A DNA stretch of 64,000 bases from a virus. A program made the position numbers and the translations under genes. The stretch lies in IMG/VR virus record IMGVR_UViG_3300005080_000005; one strand, written 5' to 3'. Positions 8,944 to 17,899 of the stretch are shown here, one piece after another; positions within the stretch are counted from its first letter, which is position 1, and each line of letters starts with the position of its first letter. The notes below the pieces were generated by a model. It saw nothing but the letters and a program-made list of their open reading frames with translations, was not told the origin of the DNA and made no database searches.

Positions 8944-9243
8944 ATGAACAACAAATTTAACAACCCTTGGAATGGTGTGGCAGGGTTTACTGATTTGGGT
9001 AGTTTTACAGATAGTAGTGGAGAGTATTACAAGTTATATTGTTTTCCTCAAGCTATCGAGACGGCTATAGGTGCAAGGTTCGGAGAAGATGGAGATTATA
9101 TTTCTGGAAGTTTGACATTAAAAACAAACATCCTGTATGGGAGTTCTGAGCCTATTATCGAAGCAGTTAAACGGATGTACAAATTAGGCATGATTAAGGG
9201 AGAAGTGACTAACCCTAACAGACAAGTAATCGTTAAAGGTTGA
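8944..9243 (+). CDS. hypothetical protein
   Basis: ORF. Confidence 0.5.
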   Translation: MNNKFNNPWNGVAGFTDLGSFTDSSGEYYKLYCFPQAIETAIGARFGEDGDYISGSLTLKTNILYGSSEPIIEAVKRMYKLGMIKGEVTNPNRQVIVKG

Positions 9244-9246
9244 ATT

Positions 9247-9393
9247 ATGCATAATTTCAAACTAAAATCACTGGCAGCTCCTAAAAGCGTTTCAGGTTCG
9301 ACATTAACAACACCGGATCGATTTGCAATGATTGCCAGATGTGCTAGACTTAAACGGGAACTAAAGATTAACCGTAAGATCTTAGGGATTTGA
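9247..9393 (+). CDS. hypothetical small protein (48 aa)
   Basis: ATG 3 nt after previous stop. Confidence 0.4.
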   Translation: MHNFKLKSLAAPKSVSGSTLTTPDRFAMIARCARLKRELKINRKILGI

Positions 9394-9403
9394 GGGATTA
9401 ACG

Positions 9404-9556
9404 ATGATTAACAGAAAATCAACATATAAACATTGCACAATGAAATACTCTGATTATATTAAATTGATCGGTTATCTGTCCGCTAATTGCACGGATAAAG
9501 ATTATCATGTGGCAATGATTAAACTTGATAAATTTGAAATTATAGTAGAGGATTGA
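9404..9556 (+). CDS. hypothetical small protein (50 aa)
   Basis: ATG after GAGGGATTAACG. Confidence 0.4.
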   Translation: MINRKSTYKHCTMKYSDYIKLIGYLSANCTDKDYHVAMIKLDKFEIIVED

Positions 9557-9561
9557 ATATT

Positions 9562-9732
9562 ATGAATAGCGTATTTGTAGTAACAGATGAATCAAAATCA
9601 TGCTATGACGCTGGAGGGATCTTTGTGGGTGTATTCTCTACTTATGAGCAGGCAAAGGCGTATATTGACAGACTAGGCGGAAAGATTGGAAGAGATTACG
9701 ATATAACAGAAGAGTTCATTAATTCACTTTAA
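9562..9732 (+). CDS. hypothetical small protein (56 aa)
   Basis: ATG after AGAGGATTGAATATT. Confidence 0.45.
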   Translation: MNSVFVVTDESKSCYDAGGIFVGVFSTYEQAKAYIDRLGGKIGRDYDITEEFINSL

Positions 9733-9748
9733 ACTAAAGGCAAACACA

Positions 9749-10012
9749 ATGGCTAATAATATATACTACAAATTTATCTGCATTGACGAACAACATGCAA
9801 TCATAGCCGAACAACAATTGAATAATGCAAAAACAAACAAGATCAAAGCTAAACGCTTAGGTCGTGCTGTTGTCGTTTGTATTAGCGGGGACAGCATAGA
9901 ACAAAATGAACTCGCTGAGATTAATTACCTAGTATCTTCTGTGAGAGTCCATGCAATGGCTTATAATGATGATTTGAGCCAGTATGATAGGGAAGAGATA
10001 GATAAAATTTAA
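9749..10012 (+). CDS. hypothetical protein
   Basis: ORF with AAAGGCAAACAC SD. Confidence 0.5.
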   Translation: MANNIYYKFICIDEQHAIIAEQQLNNAKTNKIKAKRLGRAVVVCISGDSIEQNELAEINYLVSSVRVHAMAYNDDLSQYDREEIDKI

Positions 10013-10065
10013 AATGTGTTTGATTAGCTTATAAACCGTTACACATATCACAAAATAACTGACTT

Positions 10066-10150
10066 ATTCTGCTTTAAGGGCTTGCCGTTTGGTGAGCCCT
10101 TGGGCTATACTGTATTCAGAAGGTGAGGCAAAGGCCGAGCCAGAGGAGAT
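10066..10150 (+). promoter_or_regulatory. conserved hairpin/extended -10/leader cassette (copy d)
   Basis: GGGCTTGCCgtttggtgaGCCCTTGGGCTATACT ... TTCAGAAGGTGAGGCAAAGGCCGAGCCAGAGGAG. Confidence 0.5.
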
Positions 10151-10157
10151 AAAGAAA

Positions 10158-10379
10158 ATGAAAATCGACCCAAACACCAAAGCTTTTAAACTTGTTAAAT
10201 TCCAGGCAAATTATCATGTGTATCAGGTTGCGGCTAATGGTGCAACATTGCAACTTTTGAATAACAATCAAACCCCTGTTGTCGTTGGTTCTGTTATTGA
10301 ACTTCGCAACAGATTGGGGAGACTGTCTAGTAAAGGGTTGATTCCCTATGAGATCTTTAATCTCCCTATAGGATTCTAA
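10158..10379 (+). CDS. hypothetical protein
   Basis: ATG 10158 after cassette SD; in frame with ORF track 10089. Confidence 0.5.
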   Translation: MKIDPNTKAFKLVKFQANYHVYQVAANGATLQLLNNNQTPVVVGSVIELRNRLGRLSSKGLIPYEIFNLPIGF

Positions 10380-10392
10380 CGAGTATAAGGAA

Positions 10393-10416
10393 GGCCCTTC
10401 GGGGCCTTTTCTTTTT
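10393..10416 (+). terminator. rho-independent terminator
   Basis: GGCCC ttcg GGGCC + TTTTCTTTTT. Confidence 0.65.
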
Positions 10417-10734
10417 CTGAAAAATCAGAACTAAATACCTATATCGTTTTTTGAGATCTAAACTAATAAATGGTTTTTCTGATTTACAAACAGTAAATGT
10501 GAATATTGGAGACTGAAAGGATCAGGAGGTAAGGAGAAAAATGATGTAAAACATATTGAAAATATCAAATAAAATTTAAATATGTAGACAATATGCAAAT
10601 TAAAAATTATTTGAAAACTTAAACAGGATTAACTGATTAAGCCTATAAAGTTAGCCACAATATCCAGGAGGAGTCAAGACCCAACGGAAAATAAAATTAT
10701 TTAAAATAAGTTGGATTTTCAGGTTGCAAACAGG

Positions 10735-10800
10735 ATCCCCCTGACTATAATAGTAGTCAGAAGGTGAGGCAAGGGGCTGAACCGGTTGGTTTTCTTGGGG
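10735..10800 (+). promoter_or_regulatory. conserved -10/leader cassette (copy e, no upstream hairpin)
   Basis: TGACTATAAT then GTCAGAAGGTGAGGCAAGGGGCTGAACC. Confidence 0.45.
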
Positions 10801-10806
10801 TGATTT

Positions 10807-11238
10807 ATGTCTAAATGTGTTAATTCTATCCTTTCTTTTTCTTGCACCTGCTGTGGTCGCTCTGTAGTAAAACCTGCCTTTATTGGTGGAAAACCTTATG
10901 GTCAAGATTGTGCAAAGAAAATCAAAGGGGTTGCCTTTGGTAAAAGCAAGGCTGTGTTTGTAAAGGCTGAACAAGTATCCATTGACATGGAAAACTATTT
11001 GCCTTCTGCTGTATATGAAATTGAAGGTGTTCCCCAAAAATTTAAAATTACAGCCCCGTTCCCAGCCCACGTGATAGCACAAAAAGGTGGATGCATAGCG
11101 GATTACCTTCCACAAGATGCGCTGATGGTGATAAATCACGAAGGGAAACCGGTGTTTAAAAGTTTGTCTATCTCGTTGAAAGATAGCGCCTTGACCTATA
11201 TTGATAAGTATGGAAAACAGACAACTGTCCAAATCTAA
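10807..11238 (+). CDS. hypothetical protein (Cys-rich N-terminus)
   Basis: ORF downstream of cassette e, upstream of terminator 11254. Confidence 0.55.
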   Translation: MSKCVNSILSFSCTCCGRSVVKPAFIGGKPYGQDCAKKIKGVAFGKSKAVFVKAEQVSIDMENYLPSAVYEIEGVPQKFKITAPFPAHVIAQKGGCIADYLPQDALMVINHEGKPVFKSLSISLKDSALTYIDKYGKQTTVQI

Positions 11239-11253
11239 TAATCGCCTCAGAAT

Positions 11254-11279
11254 AAACCCCTGCAAAGGGGTTTTCTTTT
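11254..11279 (+). terminator. rho-independent terminator
   Basis: AAACCCCT gcaa AGGGGTTT + TCTTTTATC. Confidence 0.65.
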
Positions 11280-11667
11280 ATCTAAATTTTAGATGAGAAA
11301 AGTTATCATTTGCCTTTTGACAACCTATCACAAAATAATATAAAAAGCAAGCATGAAAATTTATGCAGCAAAAGTGACTAAAAACACACCTCATAGAATC
11401 GTCAATATTCAATAGTTCACAGGTAGCCAATACACTTGTATGGACTAGCCCTCCGAGCTAACAGAACGCAATGCATAGCGTTATACACCAAACGCCATCT
11501 AACCAAACCTAAAAAATTGCTACTTTGTAGGTAGTTAATGAGAACAGTTACCAACAAAGACAGACTGGAATATAAATAAATATAAAATAAAGGATGAGAC
11601 AAATAAAAATAAAATAACAGAATAGAATTATTACTTTTTATTTTCTTGAAGGGGCGAGCCTACATTT

Positions 11668-11709
11668 AAATATTATTTGGCGAGGCGGAACGGCTCGCCA
11701 AATAATATT
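11668..11709. terminator. large perfect palindrome, putative bidirectional terminator in convergence zone
   Basis: AATATTATTTGGCGAG gcggaacgg CTCGCCAAATAATATT, 16-bp perfect arms flanked by A/T runs on both sides. Confidence 0.5.
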
Positions 11710-12964
11710 ATATAACCAAGTCAATTTTTAATATTCAAATTATTCAGGGAATAATTATCATAAAATTGCTTTGTTTATATATTTCGGCTCTCTAAATATT
11801 AATCTTTTAATAGTTGTTCGTTAGCCTCAATTATATAAACAAAATTATCTGGCGATAATCTTGGTTATATAATATTATTTATCTTTGATAAATATGAGGG
11901 CTAACTCATACCCCTTTAAGAGTAATATTATACTTTCAGAAGATGAGATTTTCACACGAATAATTTATTATTTGTTTGACAAATCGCAATCTTCGATACT
12001 CACAGAACAATTGTTGCCTTAAACTTTCTTTTATGCTTGCATTCTTGCATTGCAAACAGCAATAAAAACAGTAATACAAAAGGCAATCATTATCATTTGA
12101 GGGCACAGCCCTCAATTGATAGTCAGACGAATTGAGAATCTAGATGTTAATGATTATCATTTAGCGCAAGGCGATTTAGACCAACTCCGAAGGCAACTAG
12201 GCTCAAGCAGTTTTCAATCCTATCTGTTATCTCTCACATCATCAAATCATTATAGTTGTAAGTCGCAACCTCTTTTATAGTAAGCTGTCTAGCTTATTTT
12301 ATCCAGTTTGTAAATCATTATTTTCTAGCTCCGAATCTCATTCGGTCTCAGTTTATAACTGCATATAACGTATCTTATGTTAAATCAAGTTATCTTGAAA
12401 CATTGTATCTTGTTCGGCTCAATTGAATCTAATTATTAATGGTTATCATTGTCATTTGTATCAATATTGTTAGTCTCTTTTGAATCTGTTTATGTTGTCA
12501 TCTGTCAGGGTAAAGCATCTTGCAAAAGTCCAGTTAATTTTAAAAATAAATATAGTTTAAATTGTAGTTTAATAATTAAATAATGTTTTAATGCGATTGT
12601 TAATAGCAATGATAATAATTCGTATTCAGGGCGACTCTGACAAGCAAGAATCATGCCATTGTTGATATAGTTTCACCTGATATTTGAGAATTATAGTGAT
12701 AATGAGAATGAGTCGTATTTGGGTTGTCTAACCCCTTGGAGGTAGACCTTTAATATTGAATTAACATACAATTTCCAACCAAGCTATGTAGACTTATAAC
12801 AGTCGTTAAATCATTAGCAGCACTGGATAAACCTGTACGGATATTTTCTAGATGTAGAAATCTATAGGAGGGGCTATACATTAAACTTGTCTGGCGGGGG
12901 TTGGGGTATATTCCAAGCAAAAGAAAAGACGACACTCTTTCGAGGTCGCCTCATATTGGTTATA

Positions 12965-13297
12965 TTACTTATTCAATTGTTCCTTCAGTTTCTTATTCTC
13001 TTTGACTATCTTGTCAATCTTATATTTACTCCAACCTAACTCTTCATATTTATCCCTGAGTGTTTTAATTTCGTCTCTGTCAATCTCTCGTAATGTTTGT
13101 TCAGGATAAATGATTAGTTTACCGCTATCCCAATCAAAACCTAAGTTAATATCTTTGATATTTGTACTAGGTGTTCCACCAATTAAACCAACTTTGTGCG
13201 AAGCAATAACAACTTGTATCTCTTCTAGATTTAATCGTTGTCTAACAGCCTGTTGTTCCATTTGTTCTACTAGCTCTTTCAGTTCCGATAGTGTCAT
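12965..13297 (-). CDS. hypothetical protein
   Basis: ORF, last gene of the minus-strand block. Confidence 0.5.
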   Translation of the reverse strand: MTLSELKELVEQMEQQAVRQRLNLEEIQVVIASHKVGLIGGTPSTNIKDINLGFDWDSGKLIIYPEQTLREIDRDEIKTLRDKYEELGWSKYKIDKIVKENKKLKEQLNK

Positions 13298-13307
13298 TTT
13301 AGCTCCT

Positions 13308-13637
13308 TTATTTCAGTGTACCGTTCTTGTTGTATTTGTCAGTCAACACTAAATAGTTATAGCTGGTTCTTCTCATGTTACCTAAACTTAATGTCCACAA
13401 TTTATTAATCTGAATCAATACACCTTTCTTAATTAGATATTGTAAATCTGGGTCTCTGCTGACAATCAACTGGTGCCTCCGATTAACAATAAAACCATAA
13501 GGTATGTGCCAACTCATTTCCTTTGTTTGTGTTTGAAGCCACAATAGCAATTGTGTTCTCCGTTCTTTGCCAAAAGGCATGTTCTGTATCTCTCTAAACT
13601 TTTTACTACTGTTTTGGATAAACTGCTCTCTGTCCAT
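13308..13637 (-). CDS. hypothetical protein
   Basis: ORF. Confidence 0.5.
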   Translation of the reverse strand: MDREQFIQNSSKKFREIQNMPFGKERRTQLLLWLQTQTKEMSWHIPYGFIVNRRHQLIVSRDPDLQYLIKKGVLIQINKLWTLSLGNMRRTSYNYLVLTDKYNKNGTLK

Positions 13638-13782
13638 TTATACTCTCCTTTTATTCATAAGACTAAACCTCAACAAGGTCTAACCAAGTCGAGGCCAATA
13701 TGATTTTACTGAAACGTCGGTTTCTGTCAATATGCATATTATAATGTTAATGTCGTGTGAATGATAACTAGTGTGAGGTCGC

Positions 13783-14349
13783 CTATTTCCAACTAAATAT
13801 TGATTTAAAGACGCCACTAATAAAACCGTCTTTGTGTTCAACTACGATACTGTTGTGCTGCTTCCGAATTACTATCTCATACTCTTTAATTTCATCTAGG
13901 ACTTCTGACATACTACCTTGTCTTGCAGTGATAATTGGTTGTGGGAAGTAATAAAAGTTTGCAGATATCACCAACATAATTTCTACTTTGTTGTTGTAAT
14001 CTTTTCCGATAATACCAGCTTCCACTATTGTTGCCATTGTTTGTGTTTGAAGTTTAAGTTGCAACTCATTAACTTCTCTAATGCAGTCAATAATTTCTTG
14101 CTGTGTCAGCCTATTTGGTCTGTCATAGTAATCGTACATATTATTAATTTTCTTGACAACAAGGATATCTGAAATTTCAAAGTCAATATTGTGTTCAATT
14201 GCATACATAACATCTTTGATGTCTTTGTCATTTATCTTGTCTTGTTTTGATGCAAGACCGTACAAATCTGCCACGTTACCTGTGTCAATCTTCAATTCAT
14301 TATAAACTTTGACAAACTTCTCTTTATCTAATTCATATTTGACTTTCAT
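13783..14349 (-). CDS. hypothetical protein
   Basis: ORF 188 aa. Confidence 0.5.
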   Translation of the reverse strand: MKVKYELDKEKFVKVYNELKIDTGNVADLYGLASKQDKINDKDIKDVMYAIEHNIDFEISDILVVKKINNMYDYYDRPNRLTQQEIIDCIREVNELQLKLQTQTMATIVEAGIIGKDYNNKVEIMLVISANFYYFPQPIITARQGSMSEVLDEIKEYEIVIRKQHNSIVVEHKDGFISGVFKSIFSWK

Positions 14350-14591
14350 TATTTCTCCTTAATAAGTTGTTTTGCACTTGATATAATATCTGTATCATAA
14401 AAGCTGTGTGGATTATACCCAGATTCAACCATACCTATCAACATTTGTATTGTATCTTTGTATTTAAATTCATCCTCATCTGTTTTATCTTTTACATCAA
14501 GCAAATCACCATACAATTCTGCTGAGTCAACTTCTAGTTCACCCTTGTTTAGTTTATTACCATATTTTGTTACCAAATCCTCTATGTTCAT
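14349..14591 (-). CDS. hypothetical protein
   Basis: ORF. Confidence 0.45.
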   Translation of the reverse strand: MNIEDLVTKYGNKLNKGELEVDSAELYGDLLDVKDKTDEDEFKYKDTIQMLIGMVESGYNPHSFYDTDIISSAKQLIKEK

Positions 14592-14824
14592 TTATCTATC
14601 CTCTTAATATTCAAGAATTCTTCCCACTCAACTAGTGCTTTAATATATTTGTACCTTCTTTCAAAATTGTTTTGGTATGGAGTAACCCAGTCAAACCAAT
14701 ATTTAGCATACATAATACGAATAAACCTTGGCTGTAAGAATAATGGTAGGAGCCACCATAGTTTTAAGAATGTGTTGTCATACCTCATTATACCTCCTGT
14801 GTTGCTAATCGGACTATAGCCCAT
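14588..14824 (-). CDS. hypothetical protein
   Basis: ORF. Confidence 0.45.
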   Translation of the reverse strand: MGYSPISNTGGIMRYDNTFLKLWWLLPLFLQPRFIRIMYAKYWFDWVTPYQNNFERRYKYIKALVEWEEFLNIKRIDK

Positions 14825-15159
14825 CTCAATTCACTTTCAACTGTTATTACCAACTCTGATACGTACTTTCTGTCTTGCGGGTCAGGTATTGATGGTGTAA
14901 CCTTAATGGTAACAGTGTCAAACAATTCCTTATGTGTTTTATTATTGGCAAATTCTTCTAGGAATCCAACTAGAAAACTTGAAGTAATAAGTTGTTCTTT
15001 ATTAATCCACAGTTCAATGTATTTTGGTAGTGTTGTTTTAAAATGGTTTCTGCGCTCCCATTCTGCCTTTCCGTGCTCTTTTCCTGAAAACAATAATGTA
15101 TTTGGTACGCCGCTGTTAATGCCATTATACATAATGTAAATTACTTCACCTTCTTTCAT
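14788..15159 (-). CDS. hypothetical protein
   Basis: ORF; true start may be internal Met (MYNGINSG). Confidence 0.45.
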   Translation of the reverse strand: MKEGEVIYIMYNGINSGVPNTLLFSGKEHGKAEWERRNHFKTTLPKYIELWINKEQLITSSFLVGFLEEFANNKTHKELFDTVTIKVTPSIPDPQDRKYVSELVITVESELRWAIVRLATQEV

Positions 15160-15731
15160 TTATATTTCTCCGTCATAATTTTAACTTTATCAATATCTTC
15201 TTGCAAATAAAAATTGTAAATCGGAATATTCTGTTTCATTGCCAATTGAACTGCTGTATTTGTGCCGCCTTTAACACCTGTGATAACACCTTGTTTGTTC
15301 TTTGTTGTTGGTGCATAACAGAATAATACACAACTTGGTGTATTCAAGTCAAGCCCTAGAACTTGATAAACATTTCGTGTATGTAGAGCTTTTGCTCCAC
15401 GACTTAGACGATTCCAAGCTGGATGAATAGTTGATGCAATTTCTACAGCTTCATTATAGTTTGGCAGGGTTGGTGTAACAAGGTGTGTACTGTCTTCACG
15501 AATATCCGAGAAGCCTTTCCAAGGAAGGTATGCTTCAAAACTAACATGGTCTGAAACACCATTGATAATCTCATAATGATTAAAACCTTGTTCAAAAGCA
15601 CTATCAGCACCTGCTGCACTCCCAGAACGACCAGTATAACCTCGTCCAGCCAACCAATATGCAACTTGTTCAATAAATTTTAGAATGTGTTGTGGTGTCT
15701 CTCGACTACCCACCCCTGTATAATATTTCAA
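15156..15731 (-). CDS. DprA/Smf-like Rossmann-fold (SLOG superfamily) protein
   Basis: YTGVGSRETP ... GRSGSAAGADSAFEQG resembles the DprA Rossmann motifs GSR / SGxAxGxDxxAHxG. Confidence 0.4.
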   Translation of the reverse strand: MKYYTGVGSRETPQHILKFIEQVAYWLAGRGYTGRSGSAAGADSAFEQGFNHYEIINGVSDHVSFEAYLPWKGFSDIREDSTHLVTPTLPNYNEAVEIASTIHPAWNRLSRGAKALHTRNVYQVLGLDLNTPSCVLFCYAPTTKNKQGVITGVKGGTNTAVQLAMKQNIPIYNFYLQEDIDKVKIMTEKYK

Positions 15732-16075
15732 TTGTGGTTCCCCTTCTTTTGACCATCAGCTTTGTCCCATTTTTCAAACACACCTTTCCAAAACTCTTCA
15801 TTCTTTGTATCAAGTTTCCAATAACCTTTAGAACTTAATAGTATCCAAGGATATTTAGGGTGTTTACGCCAAGTTTAGGGTGGATCTATGATGTTATCAA
15901 AGAAATCAATAACTCTAATTAAACAATCAGTTATTTTCATCAATTCTCTCCAAACACCTACCTCCACATTTGATTATGCGTCGTTCTGATTCAGACCAAT
16001 ATGTTTGTGTACACCATTTTACATTGTGCTTATATGCGTGTCTGCATTTATAACAAATATAAATATATTTCATAA

Positions 16076-16456
16076 TTATTCCCCACTTGTAAATTTACCG
16101 TAAGGGCACGGAAGGTTCCCGTTGTAGTGATATTTCCAACAAACCAAACACTTACTGTAATTACTCCGGCATTGTGGAATAGGCGCAGGTATTGGATTGT
16201 GTGTTATACTAATCTTGTGTTGTTTCCAAGACAACTGACTAATCTGTTCTGCAAAAGAACCAACAACAATATCATTTAGTGCAAAAGTTCGTTCACACTA
16301 TTTATCTAGGTCATATACAGTCGTTAACCATTGGTTTTCTGGGTGAAATTCTGTTGCACCAAAATATAGTGACATAGGGATAACATTTCGTGTTGATTTG
16401 ATTACTTTGTAATTAATATACTCAAATTGTGTTTGTTGTCCAAAGATTATGTTCAT
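16076..16456 (-). pseudogene. Cys-rich protein gene interrupted by in-frame TAG (52 aa + stop + 73 aa)
   Basis: ATG 16456; TAG at complement 16300-16298; continues in frame to TAA 16076 with plausible Zn-ribbon-like C-terminus CRSNYSKCLVCWKYHYNGNLPCPYGKF. Confidence 0.45.
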
Positions 16457-16465
16457 CTTCTCTCC

Positions 16466-17017
16466 TTATTCAAACAATTTACAATATTCAATGTTATTCT
16501 TGAGGTCGCGCTCAAGTTGTTCTAGTTGTTTTTGAAGATTCTTGTATGTTATGGTGTCTTCAACTTTTCCTGTCATCTTGTCAGTAACAACAATTACCCA
16601 CAGTTCACCATAATTGTGCCAACCTTCATAACTGTCCCACTCATAAACATAACAGTTACCGTGTTCTTCATCCCAACCAAATTGGTCAACATCTGATTCT
16701 GGGCATTCGTCTTTATGCTTTATTTTACAGAAATCAACGTTTAAATACTTTCCTGATTCTACTGCTTTGTCGTATTCAGATTTGAACTCCAAAGTCAACT
16801 CTACAAGACTATCCAAATCTAAACTATAGTTATCCCAAAGACCTTTATGATAAAGAATGTAGGGCTTATTTTCATAAGTTTCTTGGTGTTTAACCATATC
16901 TTCAAGTCTTGTCTTCATGTGTTTGATTTGTTCCGTGCATTCAACAATACAATGCAAATAGTATGAATCCGTGGATGATTGGTTCATTAATGTTTCATAT
17001 ACTTTATCTTTATTCAT
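16466..17017 (-). CDS. hypothetical protein
   Basis: ORF 183 aa. Confidence 0.5.
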   Translation of the reverse strand: MNKDKVYETLMNQSSTDSYYLHCIVECTEQIKHMKTRLEDMVKHQETYENKPYILYHKGLWDNYSLDLDSLVELTLEFKSEYDKAVESGKYLNVDFCKIKHKDECPESDVDQFGWDEEHGNCYVYEWDSYEGWHNYGELWVIVVTDKMTGKVEDTITYKNLQKQLEQLERDLKNNIEYCKLFE

Positions 17018-17374
17018 TTAAACTTTACTCTCCGTTTTAAGATAGTTGATGGTGTTTTCCAACATAGTAATGTAGTTATTGTGCGTGGTATTGTGGTACA
17101 CTTTATAGGCTTCAATAATATTTTCTAGCATATCAACACAAATTTCACCAACTGTTTCTGTTTCAGTTGCTTTGAACATTGCATAAAATGCTTCTCGCAT
17201 ATTAACATTATCATCTTCGTTATTATTTGGGCTTGAATCCCAAGCATCTATCATCTTCTTTGTTAATTCGTCAGGTAATACCTTGTAATTAACATATTTA
17301 TACCAAATCATGTAGCTCTCCCTATTCGTCAACCAACACAAACCATTGCTTATGGAAGAACAGTTCCCTTCCAC
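17018..17374 (-). CDS. hypothetical protein
   Basis: ORF. Confidence 0.5.
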   Translation of the reverse strand: MEGNCSSISNGLCWLTNRESYMIWYKYVNYKVLPDELTKKMIDAWDSSPNNNEDDNVNMREAFYAMFKATETETVGEICVDMLENIIEAYKVYHNTTHNNYITMLENTINYLKTESKV

Positions 17375-17543
17375 GAGAGTCCAGTACTACCAGATTCTGA
17401 CCTACTTTGTCAACACAAATATACTCACACCCTTCTAGTACCTCAGGCCTGTTTGGCTGACCAATAGCCAATACTGTACATGGAAAAGTTATATCCTCAA
17501 ATTCACAATAAACATCTACTTTCTTCTTAGGTTTTCGTGCCAT
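17322..17543 (-). CDS. hypothetical protein
   Basis: ORF. Confidence 0.45.
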   Translation of the reverse strand: MARKPKKKVDVYCEFEDITFPCTVLAIGQPNRPEVLEGCEYICVDKVGQNLVVLDSRGRELFFHKQWFVLVDE

Positions 17544-17613
17544 TAATTATTCTTCCTCTTCAAGATCTTCATTATAAAATTGCTCTTCATTATCATACCA
17601 ACTATCCCGTACA

Positions 17614-17802
17614 TCATCCCATGCACCGCACACATTCATTTGGTTCATAGGCAGCACAGAAACAATAGTCTTCAACTTCACCTGTTCCGTGGCAGATATG
17701 GCAATCCTCTTCTGTTACAACTATTGTGTCATCGTCAAGGTACTCTACTTCTTTTCCATTTTCACAACATGTGTTAAAACAAGGTCTCACTCTATTTCCC
17801 AT
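17614..17802 (-). CDS. small Cys-rich zinc-finger protein
   Basis: CFNTCC...CHICHGTG...CFCAAYEPNECVRC. Confidence 0.45.
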   Translation of the reverse strand: MGNRVRPCFNTCCENGKEVEYLDDDTIVVTEEDCHICHGTGEVEDYCFCAAYEPNECVRCMG

Positions 17803-17852
17803 TTTGTCTTAATTATGTTTGTATACTACAACATAAATATTAAAGTGTCAAT

Positions 17853-17888
17853 ACAAAATTCAAATAAGGGTGCCCCTAAGGGCACCTA
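17853..17888 (-). terminator. rho-independent terminator (minus strand)
   Basis: GGTGCCC ttag GGGCACC + TTATTTGAATTTT on the minus strand. Confidence 0.55.
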
Positions 17889-17899
17889 GATATATCACA

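Noticed and set aside
7262-10800. Possible CRISPR-like array from the repeated GGGCTTGCC…GGCAAGCCC elements
   Set aside because: Repeats are hairpin inverted repeats at irregular spacing (0.4-2.5 kb) in front of genes, each with -10 and SD. They are not regularly spaced direct repeats with spacers.
10651-11265. 204-aa ORF on minus strand
   Set aside because: Lies antisense within the + strand block and fully overlaps gene 10807-11238, which has its own promoter cassette, SD and terminator. The ORF also spans the terminator and promoter, and has no SD.
13110-13352. 80-aa plus-strand ORF and similar short antisense ORFs (e.g. 13918-14172, 14906-15139, 26468-26671, 26951-27286, 35032-35217)
   Set aside because: Each is embedded antisense in a longer, better-supported minus-strand gene, with no independent translation signals.
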